Origin: Candidatus Wolfebacteria bacterium
Lineage (GTDB): Bacteria; Patescibacteriota; Minisyncoccia; Phycocordibacterales; NVSU01
Reading direction: 5' to 3'
Assembly (NCBI GenBank): GCA_002401345.1
Contig: NVSU01000001.1
Location: forward strand, 68,476 to 132,475
DNA: 64,000 nucleotides
The notes beneath the pieces were generated by a model. It searched no databases and had not been told where the DNA came from. It saw only the letters and a list, made by a program, of their open reading frames with translations. Positions 57,391-64,000 of the stretch are shown piece after piece. Made by a program: the position numbers and the translations under genes. Within the stretch, counting starts at the first letter, position 1, and every line of letters starts with the position of its first letter.

Positions 57391-57597
57391 CTAAGAGCGA
57401 GCTACCCAATATTTTTCTCCAGCAGTTTCATAAGTAAACATAAGTCTCCCTCCCTCCCTTTTCTCTGCCTCGACTGAGTCATATTTAACAAGTCGCATTC
57501 CTGATCCATCAGGGATCTCAATTACGTCTTTAGACCCCATCTGCTTCTGTATCTCATCAATGGCCTTCTTAAGTGTTGGTGATATCTTGAGTGTCAT
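57391..57597 (-). CDS. Small hypothetical protein (68 aa)
   Basis: ORF only. Confidence 0.3.
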   Translation of the reverse strand: MTLKISPTLKKAIDEIQKQMGSKDVIEIPDGSGMRLVKYDSVEAEKREGGRLMFTYETAGEKYWVARS

Positions 57598-57638
57598 AAT
57601 ATATATAATTAAAACTACGATCTGTGATTAATAGTAGC

Positions 57639-58328
57639 CTACTTTTTATTTTTTGTCAAAAAATGTTTGACTGAATTCTTGAGCTCCATTAATTTCTCAA
57701 GATCATTGGGGCCATTTTCATATTGTTTGTCTTCTCGTATTTCATCAGTTAAATAATCACTTCTATATACAGAATTACCAAAATCAATTATCACCGGTCT
57801 TCCCGTTTTGTTATCAATCATAATATTTCTATCTGCCACGTCTCGATGATATATCCCAATGCGCTCACTGTGCATTGCATCAAAAAATTTCTCAAGTGCG
57901 GCAAAAAAGCTGTCGAAATTAAATGTATCTGGGAGCTCTTTTTTGCCAGTTAAAATTTCTTGAAAATCAGGACCATCAATTCTTTCCATGGATAAAATTT
58001 TTCTATATAGGGGAGGTTTATTCTTTTGCGGTATTTTTGCATCAAAGCTAAATGCTGGCTTAGGAACAATGACCTCATTACTTAGTTCTGTAAGTTTGGA
58101 TAAGAATTTCGCTTCCTCATGAACGTCATTAAGTGCATCTCGAACAATTACTTTGTGGGCCAAATTATTTTCTTTATCCTCATACACAAATGCAGATTGT
58201 CCAAATCCAATCTCAAATTCTTTTTTGATTATTTGTTCAGCGGACCTTTCTATTTGATCCAGCTCTTCCGGTGATATCTCTTTTTCTAGACCACTTTGAA
58301 ATTTTGTAATTCTAAATTTTTCGAACAT
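57639..58328 (-). CDS. Minimal eukaryotic-like protein kinase-fold protein (RD-kinase-like; RIO/Bud32/LPS-kinase size)
   Basis: Gly-loop GFGQSAFVY. Lys in LAHKVIV. Catalytic loop HRDVADRNIMID. DFG in IIDFGNS. Only 229 aa. Confidence 0.5.
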   Translation of the reverse strand: MFEKFRITKFQSGLEKEISPEELDQIERSAEQIIKKEFEIGFGQSAFVYEDKENNLAHKVIVRDALNDVHEEAKFLSKLTELSNEVIVPKPAFSFDAKIPQKNKPPLYRKILSMERIDGPDFQEILTGKKELPDTFNFDSFFAALEKFFDAMHSERIGIYHRDVADRNIMIDNKTGRPVIIDFGNSVYRSDYLTDEIREDKQYENGPNDLEKLMELKNSVKHFLTKNKK

Positions 58329-58347
58329 GTGTTATTTATTATATATG

Positions 58348-58567
58348 AAAAAGAAAAACCCTGCTGTTACATAGGGTTTTTCTTTTAGTTGTGGTCTTTG
58401 TTGGTTAAGGTCAGGACTCATTTTCAGGAGAACCCCGATTCGGATTTCTAAGGAAATTTCGCCCAACGGGAATTCTGGACCCCCAAGCAGAATTTCCGTT
58501 GGGCGTAAAACCCACCCGGCACTGATCTCTGAGTGGTTGAAATTTAAATTTCTAGACCTGTACTAAT
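58348..58567 (-). ncRNA. GC-rich structured intergenic region ending in a terminator hairpin, 20-30 nt upstream of the kinase-like gene (riboswitch-like leader or ncRNA)
   Basis: 17-bp stem GCCCAACGGGAATTCTG...CAGAATTTCCGTTGGGC (58462-58508). Terminator AACCCTGCTGTTACATAGGGTT + T-run (58352-58378). Local GC is much higher than the flanks. Confidence 0.35.
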
Positions 58568-59314
58568 CTAGATTATTCCCCAAAAATGGTTTATGAAAAT
58601 GGCGCTTATAATATTGCCGAGTATAACAACTACTAACGCAACTACTCCATACCAAAAGAATTTGCTTGAAAAACTTTCTTTGGGGCTTAGAATCTTTCCT
58701 GCAGACCCACTGTTTTCACCAATGTTTCCATGGAAATTTTCTATACTACCAATATTAAACTTTGATTCTATATTTTGTGCTTTTTCTTTCTCTTCCAGAG
58801 TGAATTCCGCCCCCTCTCCTTGAACATCTTGTTTTTCTAATTTTATAGCCCAATCTAGAAGATTGTTTCTGACTACATTCAATATTCCAACAAGAGCTGA
58901 TCTATCAATAAATAATGAAACTTTTGTTTTGACAGGTGAGTCTTTTAATATTTCATTTGCTGATGAAGCAGAGTATGGCATTTCATAACTATCTGACTTA
59001 TTAGAAATAAGCTCCTCAATCTCACTAATAGACTGATTAGCTCGTCTAGATGATATTGTTCTTTCTATGTCAGATTTTTTAAAAAGCACTGGAACCCACC
59101 CCTGGTAAGGATTCCATGCTTTGACCTGACCTGGCATATTTCTATAATCTGGATATGCACTACTGTCCTTATAGCCATTAAGTTCCAATTCAATCCAACT
59201 GAGAAAATCCACTTGATCTAATTTACTCGCCAAAACTTTAACCTCCATAAGTAAACTAGAAACGGAGAGACTATGGTCTTGGATTTTTTTAATGAATTCT
59301 TGAACTTTTGTCAT
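58568..59314 (-). CDS. Membrane-anchored hypothetical protein with an N-terminal domain reminiscent of abortive-infection AbiTii-type proteins
   Basis: LLMEVKVLASKLDQVDFLSWIELELNGY resembles my recollection of the AbiTii N-terminal helix. C-terminal TM. Low-confidence family call. Confidence 0.3.
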   Translation of the reverse strand: MTKVQEFIKKIQDHSLSVSSLLMEVKVLASKLDQVDFLSWIELELNGYKDSSAYPDYRNMPGQVKAWNPYQGWVPVLFKKSDIERTISSRRANQSISEIEELISNKSDSYEMPYSASSANEILKDSPVKTKVSLFIDRSALVGILNVVRNNLLDWAIKLEKQDVQGEGAEFTLEEKEKAQNIESKFNIGSIENFHGNIGENSGSAGKILSPKESFSSKFFWYGVVALVVVILGNIISAIFINHFWGII

Positions 59315-59602
59315 ATTTATGGTGCATCAAATTAAAGAGCTTTATTTAGAAACATCTTTTCTTTTCCGCATAAATTAATAGAAGCATAATACACTGTTTC
59401 CCAAATTAGATAAAGAAAAAAGTGAACCACTTTTTACTCTATGTTTAATTTTGGCTCGAACCCGTAATAAATTTCATTAAATCCTATAAACTAACGGGGA
59501 TTTCCTCTTTAGTTTAAAATTATGAGGAGTTCTTCAATTTGTTCAAAAAAGTTGGTTCGAACTCCTATAAGTTTCTAAAAAGCGCTGCAGTATATAAAAA
59601 AA

Positions 59603-59634
59603 CCCTCCCTATTGGGGGGAGGGAGGGTTTTCTC
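59603..59634 (-). terminator. Intrinsic terminator downstream of the tRNA-Arg/tRNA-Val pair (CCCTCCC-tattgggg-GGAGGGAGGG)
   Basis: G/C hairpin with a flanking A-run (a U-run on the minus strand). Confidence 0.6.
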
Positions 59635-59641
59635 ATTAATG

Positions 59642-59715
59642 TGGGCGATAAGGGACTCGAACCCCTGACCTACCCGGTGTAAACGGGTTGCTCTAGCCAA
59701 CTGAGCTAATCGCCC
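59642..59715 (-). tRNA. tRNA-Val (anticodon TAC)
   Basis: Acceptor GGGCGAT/ATCGCCC. D arm GCTC-AGTTGGCTA-GAGC. Anticodon loop TTTACAC. T arm TCAGG-GGTTCGAGT-CCCTT. Confidence 0.8.
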
Positions 59716-59732
59716 ATATAAATTTTTACTAA

Positions 59733-59804
59733 TCCAACAATGTCTCCCCGGAGGGAATCGAACCCCCATCGAGGGCTTAGAAAACCCTTGTTCTATCCGT
59801 TGAA
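59733..59804 (-). tRNA. tRNA-Arg (anticodon TCT)
   Basis: Acceptor CTCCCTG/CGGGGAG. D arm GTTC-AACGGATA-GAAC. Anticodon stem-loop AGGGT-TTTCTAA-GCCCT. T arm GGGGG-TTCGATT-CCCTC. Confidence 0.75.
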
Positions 59805-59877
59805 CTACAGGGAGTTATATTACATAGAACATCAAAACTATATCAGCATTAGCCTTTTAGATCAAGACATATCCGTA

Positions 59878-60966
59878 TTATTCTAGTCCTCCAAGCGCGA
59901 GACCAATAGCTGTCGCATATGCAAGTGCATCTTTTCGATTCATCTGTGGTATACGTTCATCAAATGAAAGTAGGTGGTCCCATATCTTTGCCGGCTCAAC
60001 ATCGCGCCTCAAGGATACTGTAAGATACTCTGCTAATCCCGGAATTCCTGCATGCGGCCCACTTAACATAATTTTATTGATAGCAGTGCGAGTTTTTTCT
60101 GAATCATTTTTTTCAAGAGACCATGAGAGTACATGCTCATTAATTTCATCACGCAATAAACTAATGTGACCTAATAAAATACCGGGCATGTCTTCGTACA
60201 TATCATTTTTCCCTACTCCTTGTTTATTTTTTATATATTCCGCCCGTTCACTGTCAACAGAAAGTTTCTCTTTAATAGTGTTCACCAATGCAGTTCCTCC
60301 AAAATCAAACGTCGATGAATATAGAGGAATGCGATTCTTTACAATAGACAATGTACTTTCATGATCTCCAATATCAACAAGCATGTGTGTTCCATCGTCT
60401 TGAGGTGAAATCACAGCTCTACTAAGTGCCTCTGTGTTAGCTTCAAATGTGAGAGGTGTAAACCCAGACTGTCGCAGTACATCCAAATATCCTTGGATCA
60501 CTATCTTAGGCATTAAATATACTTGTACATCATAGCCGTCATTGTCTGTAGTAAGGATTGAAAAATCAAATAGAAATTTATCAGCATTTGGAATAGAGCT
60601 ACGCAATTGTGCTTGAATAGTTTTATTTAAATTTTTTTGATGCACTCTTTTAATATGAGCTGTAAATAATGTAACGTGCCCTGAGGGAATGGACACTCGA
60701 ACATATCTAGTTTTTATCCGTGTTCGTATTGAAGTTAAAATTTTTCTCAGTGATTCGCTGTTTAGAATTTTCCCAGAAGAAATAACACCATTCGGTATCT
60801 TATACTTGCCATACGACACAGGATATACGAACGTGTCTCGCTTTTTTACTTCAGCATATCGAATATAGTGATCAGAAATATCTAAACCTATATAACGAGT
60901 GCCAAAAATGCGTGAGAGCCACGATCTTTTATAAAATGTATGCTTCATATATGTAGTATACGACAC
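59878..60966 (-). CDS. pilM: Type IV pilus assembly ATPase-fold protein PilM (actin-like)
   Basis: IGLDISDHYIRYAEV...LVDIGDHESTLSIV...GGTALVN; FtsA/PilM-like. Confidence 0.65.
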   Translation of the reverse strand: MSYTTYMKHTFYKRSWLSRIFGTRYIGLDISDHYIRYAEVKKRDTFVYPVSYGKYKIPNGVISSGKILNSESLRKILTSIRTRIKTRYVRVSIPSGHVTLFTAHIKRVHQKNLNKTIQAQLRSSIPNADKFLFDFSILTTDNDGYDVQVYLMPKIVIQGYLDVLRQSGFTPLTFEANTEALSRAVISPQDDGTHMLVDIGDHESTLSIVKNRIPLYSSTFDFGGTALVNTIKEKLSVDSERAEYIKNKQGVGKNDMYEDMPGILLGHISLLRDEINEHVLSWSLEKNDSEKTRTAINKIMLSGPHAGIPGLAEYLTVSLRRDVEPAKIWDHLLSFDERIPQMNRKDALAYATAIGLALGGLE

Positions 60967-60999
60967 TACGCATGTGATAGAAACCTTCTACAGCAATTT

Positions 61000-61590
61000 C
61001 TATACAAGCAAATATATAATAACTCCAATAATAATTACGACAGCAATGGATACAACATTGAAATATTTATATAGTACACTTGCAATTCTTTTTCCATATA
61101 ACTTAACAAAATACGCAATTGCAAAGAATCTAATAGCCCTTCCCAAAATAGAGGCTATGATAAATATAAAAATATCAATCTTAAAAAGACCAGCGGAAAT
61201 TGTGAATACCTTGTATGGAATTGGAGTAAATGCAGCTAAAAATATTGTGAAAAATGCATTATTTGAGAAAAATGAAGCTACTGTTGCCAGATGTGATTCG
61301 AGATTATAAAAAGAAACAATCGATCCACCTACCGCTTCAAAAAACAAAAATCCTATTAAATATCCAAACAATCCTCCTGCTACAGAAAATACGGTGGTAA
61401 TAGTTGCGTAATAAATCCACTTCGCTTGTTGTTTGAGCAGAAGAATTGCAATCATTATTGCATCTGGGGGGATAGGAAAAAAAGATGATTCTGCAAAAGA
61501 AAATAATGCTAACCAAAACGTGCTGAATGGTCCCTTTGCGTGAGCAAGAGCCCATTCTTTGATTCCTTTTTTATTAACTGTCTTCTTCAT
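61000..61590 (-). CDS. DedA/YqaA-family (VTT-domain) membrane protein
   Basis: FSFAESSFFPIPPDAIMIAI and multiple TM helices. Confidence 0.75.
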   Translation of the reverse strand: MKKTVNKKGIKEWALAHAKGPFSTFWLALFSFAESSFFPIPPDAIMIAILLLKQQAKWIYYATITTVFSVAGGLFGYLIGFLFFEAVGGSIVSFYNLESHLATVASFFSNNAFFTIFLAAFTPIPYKVFTISAGLFKIDIFIFIIASILGRAIRFFAIAYFVKLYGKRIASVLYKYFNVVSIAVVIIIGVIIYLLV

Positions 61591-61595
61591 GTGTG

Positions 61596-61997
61596 TTATG
61601 TAGTTCTTTTTGCCTCTATGGTTTTTCGATCTAAATATCGCTGCAAAATAAGTGCTGCAGCACTGGCATCAACTTCCTTTTTTCCTGATTGAAATCGACG
61701 AGCCTCAAAAGAAGTTAAAAATTCTTTTTCTAGCTCCACAGGTAGTCCAAATTCTTTTTCTAGTATTTCTTTAAATGTAGAAATTTCCTTCATTATGATA
61801 TTGGGGTCACCTGAATCATTTAAAGATTCACCTATTACAATAGTGCTGATATCCTCTTCTTTAATTATCTCTCGGAATGCATCTATTATCGAATCATTAT
61901 TAGGAAGGATAGAATGAGGAAATGCCAAACTTCCATTTTCATCTGAATGTGCAATACCTATTTTTTTTGAACCATAATCAACTCCCAAATATCTCAT
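61596..61997 (-). CDS. ruvX: Putative pre-16S rRNA nuclease / Holliday-junction resolvase-like YqgF (RuvX)
   Basis: MRYLGVDYGSKKIGIA...IVIGESLN. Confidence 0.85.
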   Translation of the reverse strand: MRYLGVDYGSKKIGIAHSDENGSLAFPHSILPNNDSIIDAFREIIKEEDISTIVIGESLNDSGDPNIIMKEISTFKEILEKEFGLPVELEKEFLTSFEARRFQSGKKEVDASAAALILQRYLDRKTIEAKRTT

Positions 61998-62095
61998 GAC
62001 TATAGCTTATCACACTTATGAATTCGCTAATATAGCTTTTATTTTCCTTGTTTTGTGAGTTGTTTGAGGTCACGTAGTGTGATAGTATTTGAGCT

Positions 62096-62425
62096 ATGGA
62101 ACTGTTTTTTCAGAATAATATATGGATAATTATTCTCCTTATACTTTGGGTTCTTCCTTGGAAAGGATATGCCCTATGGACTGCTGCTCGAAAATCACAC
62201 ACAGGATGGTTTATTGCGATTCTTATCATAAATACATTTGCTGTGCTAGACATTTTCTATATATTTTTTATTGCAAAGGAAGGAAAGAATATATTCGCAA
62301 AAAAGAAACGGTCTGTAAAAGAAGAGAATCCGCCAGCCCGCTTCGACGAAGCTCCAGCGAGGCGAGCTGATGGAAAAGAATTATCATCAGACAATAGTGA
62401 ACATACGCATTCAAGTTCACAATAA
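62096..62425 (+). CDS. Small membrane protein, hypothetical
   Basis: 109 aa with two TM helices and a charged tail. Confidence 0.4.
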   Translation: MELFFQNNIWIIILLILWVLPWKGYALWTAARKSHTGWFIAILIINTFAVLDIFYIFFIAKEGKNIFAKKKRSVKEENPPARFDEAPARRADGKELSSDNSEHTHSSSQ

Positions 62426-62448
62426 CTAAAAAGAATTCTTTGTTATTG

Positions 62449-62535
62449 CGGAGGGGTGACAGAGAGGTCGAATGTACCGGTCTTGAAAACCGGAGTCCCT
62501 TTACGGGGACCGTGGGTTCGAATCCCACCCCCTCC
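62449..62535 (+). tRNA. tRNA-Ser (anticodon TGA), class II
   Basis: Acceptor GGAGGGG/CCCCTCC. Discriminator G. D arm ACA-GAGAGGTCGAA-TGT. Anticodon stem-loop CCGGT-CTTGAAA-ACCGG. Long variable arm. T arm GTGGG-TTCGAAT-CCCAC. Confidence 0.8.
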
Positions 62536-62569
62536 GCAATGACTGAGAATTCTATTAATCAATAGTACT

Positions 62570-63037
62570 ATGAATAATAATAGACAAATTATCTCCTGGA
62601 GTGCTCATGAATATGAACACCGAGAGAAAAGACCCGATTGGTTTTGGGCACTCGGTGTCATTGCGGTCTCAGGAACAGTCGCCTCAATAATTTTTGGAAA
62701 TTTCCTGTTCGCAATTTTTATTGTTCTTGGAACAATTCTTCTTGGATACTACAGTATAAAAAAACCCGACCTCCTTGAATTTCAAATAAATGAAAAAGGT
62801 ATTCAAATTGAAGATATGTTGTATCCATACACTACAATAAAGTCTTTTTGGATAGACAGCGATGAAACAAAACACAACCTTCTTATTCATGTAGACAGAC
62901 TATTCATGCCTATAGTAACATTGCCACTTGCTGACATTCCTGAGAATGAGCTCCATGAAGTATTGAGTATAGTGATACCTGAAAAAGAATTGAGAGAACC
63001 ACTCCCTCATAAAATAATGCAGTATTTAGGATTCTAA
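62570..63037 (+). CDS. Membrane protein, hypothetical
   Basis: 155 aa with two TM helices. Confidence 0.4.
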   Translation: MNNNRQIISWSAHEYEHREKRPDWFWALGVIAVSGTVASIIFGNFLFAIFIVLGTILLGYYSIKKPDLLEFQINEKGIQIEDMLYPYTTIKSFWIDSDETKHNLLIHVDRLFMPIVTLPLADIPENELHEVLSIVIPEKELREPLPHKIMQYLGF

Positions 63038-63173
63038 CTCTCAATAGAATCTCAAGAATATTGTACTACTGCTCTCGTCGTCCTCGATATGACATCAAAA
63101 TTTATATTTTGGTCATATCGGGATTCAACGTCCCGTAGAAGGAGAACAAGTTCCCAACGGGGCACAGTAGAAC

Positions 63174-63245
63174 GCTTCCATAGTTTAACGGATAAAATTC
63201 ATCCTTGCGGAGGATGTGCTCCAGGTTCGATTCCTGGTGGAAGCA
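63174..63245 (+). tRNA. tRNA-Arg (anticodon GCG, unusual for bacteria)
   Basis: Acceptor GCTTCCA/TGGAAGC. D arm GTTT-AACGGATA-AAAT. Anticodon stem-loop CATCC-TTGCGGA-GGATG. T arm CCAGG-TTCGATT-CCTGG. Discriminator A. Confidence 0.7.
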
Positions 63246-63447
63246 CACGAACAAAGTGAGTATGGTTTCGAAAGGAATCGAACAGGAAGGGGGTCGGGCG
63301 TAGATTTTGTTATGAGGAACGAATTACAAAATAAAGTGCAGAGCTAAAATCTAGTTTCCCTACGAAGGAAGGAATGGGAAAACCGTGGGTTTCCCAGAAG
63401 TGAGATAGCCAGCCTCGACTGGACGTAAAGTCTAGGCGGGCGAAGCG

Positions 63448-63465
63448 TCCTGGTGGAAGCACACG
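63448..63465 (+). repeat. 18-nt direct repeat of the tRNA-Arg(GCG) 3' end (TCCTGGTGGAAGCACACG; first copy 63232-63249)
   Basis: Exact 18/18 match 216 nt downstream of the tRNA. The segment between is GC-rich. Confidence 0.5.
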
Positions 63466-63515
63466 TAGTTAGATTTTTACTCGCCACAGTGTTAGTGGCG
63501 GACCTACTAAGCCTA

Positions 63516-63545
63516 AAATAAAAAAACTCCCAGATGGGAGTTTTT
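63516..63545 (-). terminator. Bidirectional intrinsic terminator (AACTCCCA-gat-GGGAGTT)
   Basis: Perfect hairpin with A and T runs on either side. Confidence 0.65.
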
Positions 63546-63562
63546 TATTTTATATAACTTTA

Positions 63563-63826
63563 TTATTCAGATTGTGCCCATTCTTTGAGTTTATCGTAGT
63601 CAACCTCTCCGCAAATAAACTGCTTGGATTTCGTGTTGAAGAAAAAAGGTACTCCTCCGCACAACTCTTTATCATACTCTTCCATTTTCTTTTGATTCTC
63701 CTTATCATGCCACACCTCAAATGCATCCACACTAATATCCAACTCTTTTTCAAGTTGCTCAATAAGGTCGTGCATCCTCACACAATGTGGGCACTCTTTC
63801 CCATAAAATTCTAATAGGTGATTCAT
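63563..63826 (-). CDS. Glutaredoxin-like / thioredoxin-fold small protein (CPHC active site)
   Basis: YGKECPHCVRMHDLIEQL. Confidence 0.7.
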   Translation of the reverse strand: MNHLLEFYGKECPHCVRMHDLIEQLEKELDISVDAFEVWHDKENQKKMEEYDKELCGGVPFFFNTKSKQFICGEVDYDKLKEWAQSE

Positions 63827-63846
63827 AACTATAAAATTTATTTAGT

Positions 63847-64000
63847 AATTCGAGATAATCGAGACTTTTTTCGAGATGCAGTATTTGGTTTTATTATTCC
63901 TCTCTTTGCTGCCTTGTCGATTGCTTTATATGCATCCGGTAAAAGTTTTTTTGCTTCACTTACTTTTTTTTCTTTTAAAAGATTTTCTATACCTTTGATC
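63847..64000 (-). CDS. rpsT: 30S ribosomal protein S20, C-terminal part (partial, continues beyond window end)
   Basis: The hand-translated minus frame gives ...LLPDAYKAIDKAAKRGIIKPNTASRKKSRLSRITK*, S20-like. Stop at 63847-63849. Not in the ORF track because there is no start within the window. Confidence 0.65.

Noticed and set aside
59575-59769. 64-aa ORF in the track
   Set aside because: It lies entirely over tRNA-Val, tRNA-Arg(TCT) and their terminator. It is an artefact of GC-rich tRNA sequence.
61031-61049. Partial match to the leader-element core (AATTACGAC) inside the DedA gene
   Set aside because: Only 9 nt, inside a coding region, with no partner arm or U-tract. Probably chance.
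60974-61309. 111-aa plus-strand ORF
   Set aside because: It is antisense to the well-supported DedA-family gene (61000..61590) and low-complexity. Spurious.
62268-62528. 86-aa minus-strand ORF
   Set aside because: It overlaps tRNA-Ser and the 3' end of the + strand membrane-protein gene. Spurious.
63246-63450. tmRNA or RNase P RNA downstream of tRNA-Arg
   Set aside because: There is weak similarity to the RNase P CR-I (GGAAAGUCCGGGCUCC) only. No P4 partner strand, no tRNA-like CCA 3' domain with a T-loop, no tag reading frame. Not supported.
1-64000. CRISPR arrays, rRNA genes, transposase/integrase genes
   Set aside because: No regularly spaced direct repeats, no rRNA-like conserved stretches and no recognisable transposase or integrase ORF in the window.

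Overview
This is an AT-rich (about 30-35% GC by eye) bacterial window, densely coded, with many short-overlap operons. Gene content and architecture suggest a small-genome, Patescibacteria/CPR-like organism (inference only). Standard stop codons appear to be in use. Left edge: N-terminus of a MmeI-family (Type IIL) restriction-modification enzyme, then a structured non-coding region with a candidate sRNA. Next come housekeeping genes: FMN reductase, a disrupted peptidase E, QueD, an AsnA-like class II aaRS paralog, oligopeptidase B, a cold-shock protein. A signal-transduction cluster follows (PAS histidine kinase, two receiver proteins, a PAS protein). The centre (about 12.6-48.5 kb) is a very large cell-surface / glycan locus. 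It contains an adjacent cohesin-like and dockerin-containing gene pair. It has two GT39 (PMT/ArnT-like) membrane glycosyltransferases plus a Wzx-like flippase on the + strand. A roughly 24 kb minus-strand run carries GT2/GT4 glycosyltransferases, six methyltransferases (four class I SAM, two FkbM), an SDR, a 2-hydroxyacid dehydrogenase, a cytidylyltransferase-GT2 fusion, a Maf/DUF115-like protein, AsnB, an NAD epimerase, a polyprenol-phosphate GT2 and a giant coiled-coil repeat protein. The right part carries NUDIX, VKOR, a Ca/Na antiporter, CsaA, an FG-GAP protein, a SET-domain protein with a lysine-rich tail, L19, RluA, a minimal ePK-like kinase, an Abi-like membrane protein, PilM, DedA, RuvX, a glutaredoxin-like protein, the end of rpsT, and six tRNAs (His, Leu, Val, Arg-TCT, Ser, Arg-GCG). 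The most notable non-coding findings are three. (1) A family of at least 8 conserved hairpin+U-tract elements (core GCGTCGTAATTGTGAT), always in sense orientation just upstream of gene starts in the glycan locus, with strand-asymmetric G-U pairing and compensatory changes that argue for an RNA-level leader element. (2) A perfectly symmetric operator-like palindrome (CATTCTCACATTCT-caag-AGAATGTGAGAATG) reused at three promoters in the same locus. (3) A 650-bp gene-free region with a near-consensus promoter, a long stem-loop, a 28-codon hydrophobic ORF and a 27-bp perfect inverted repeat.
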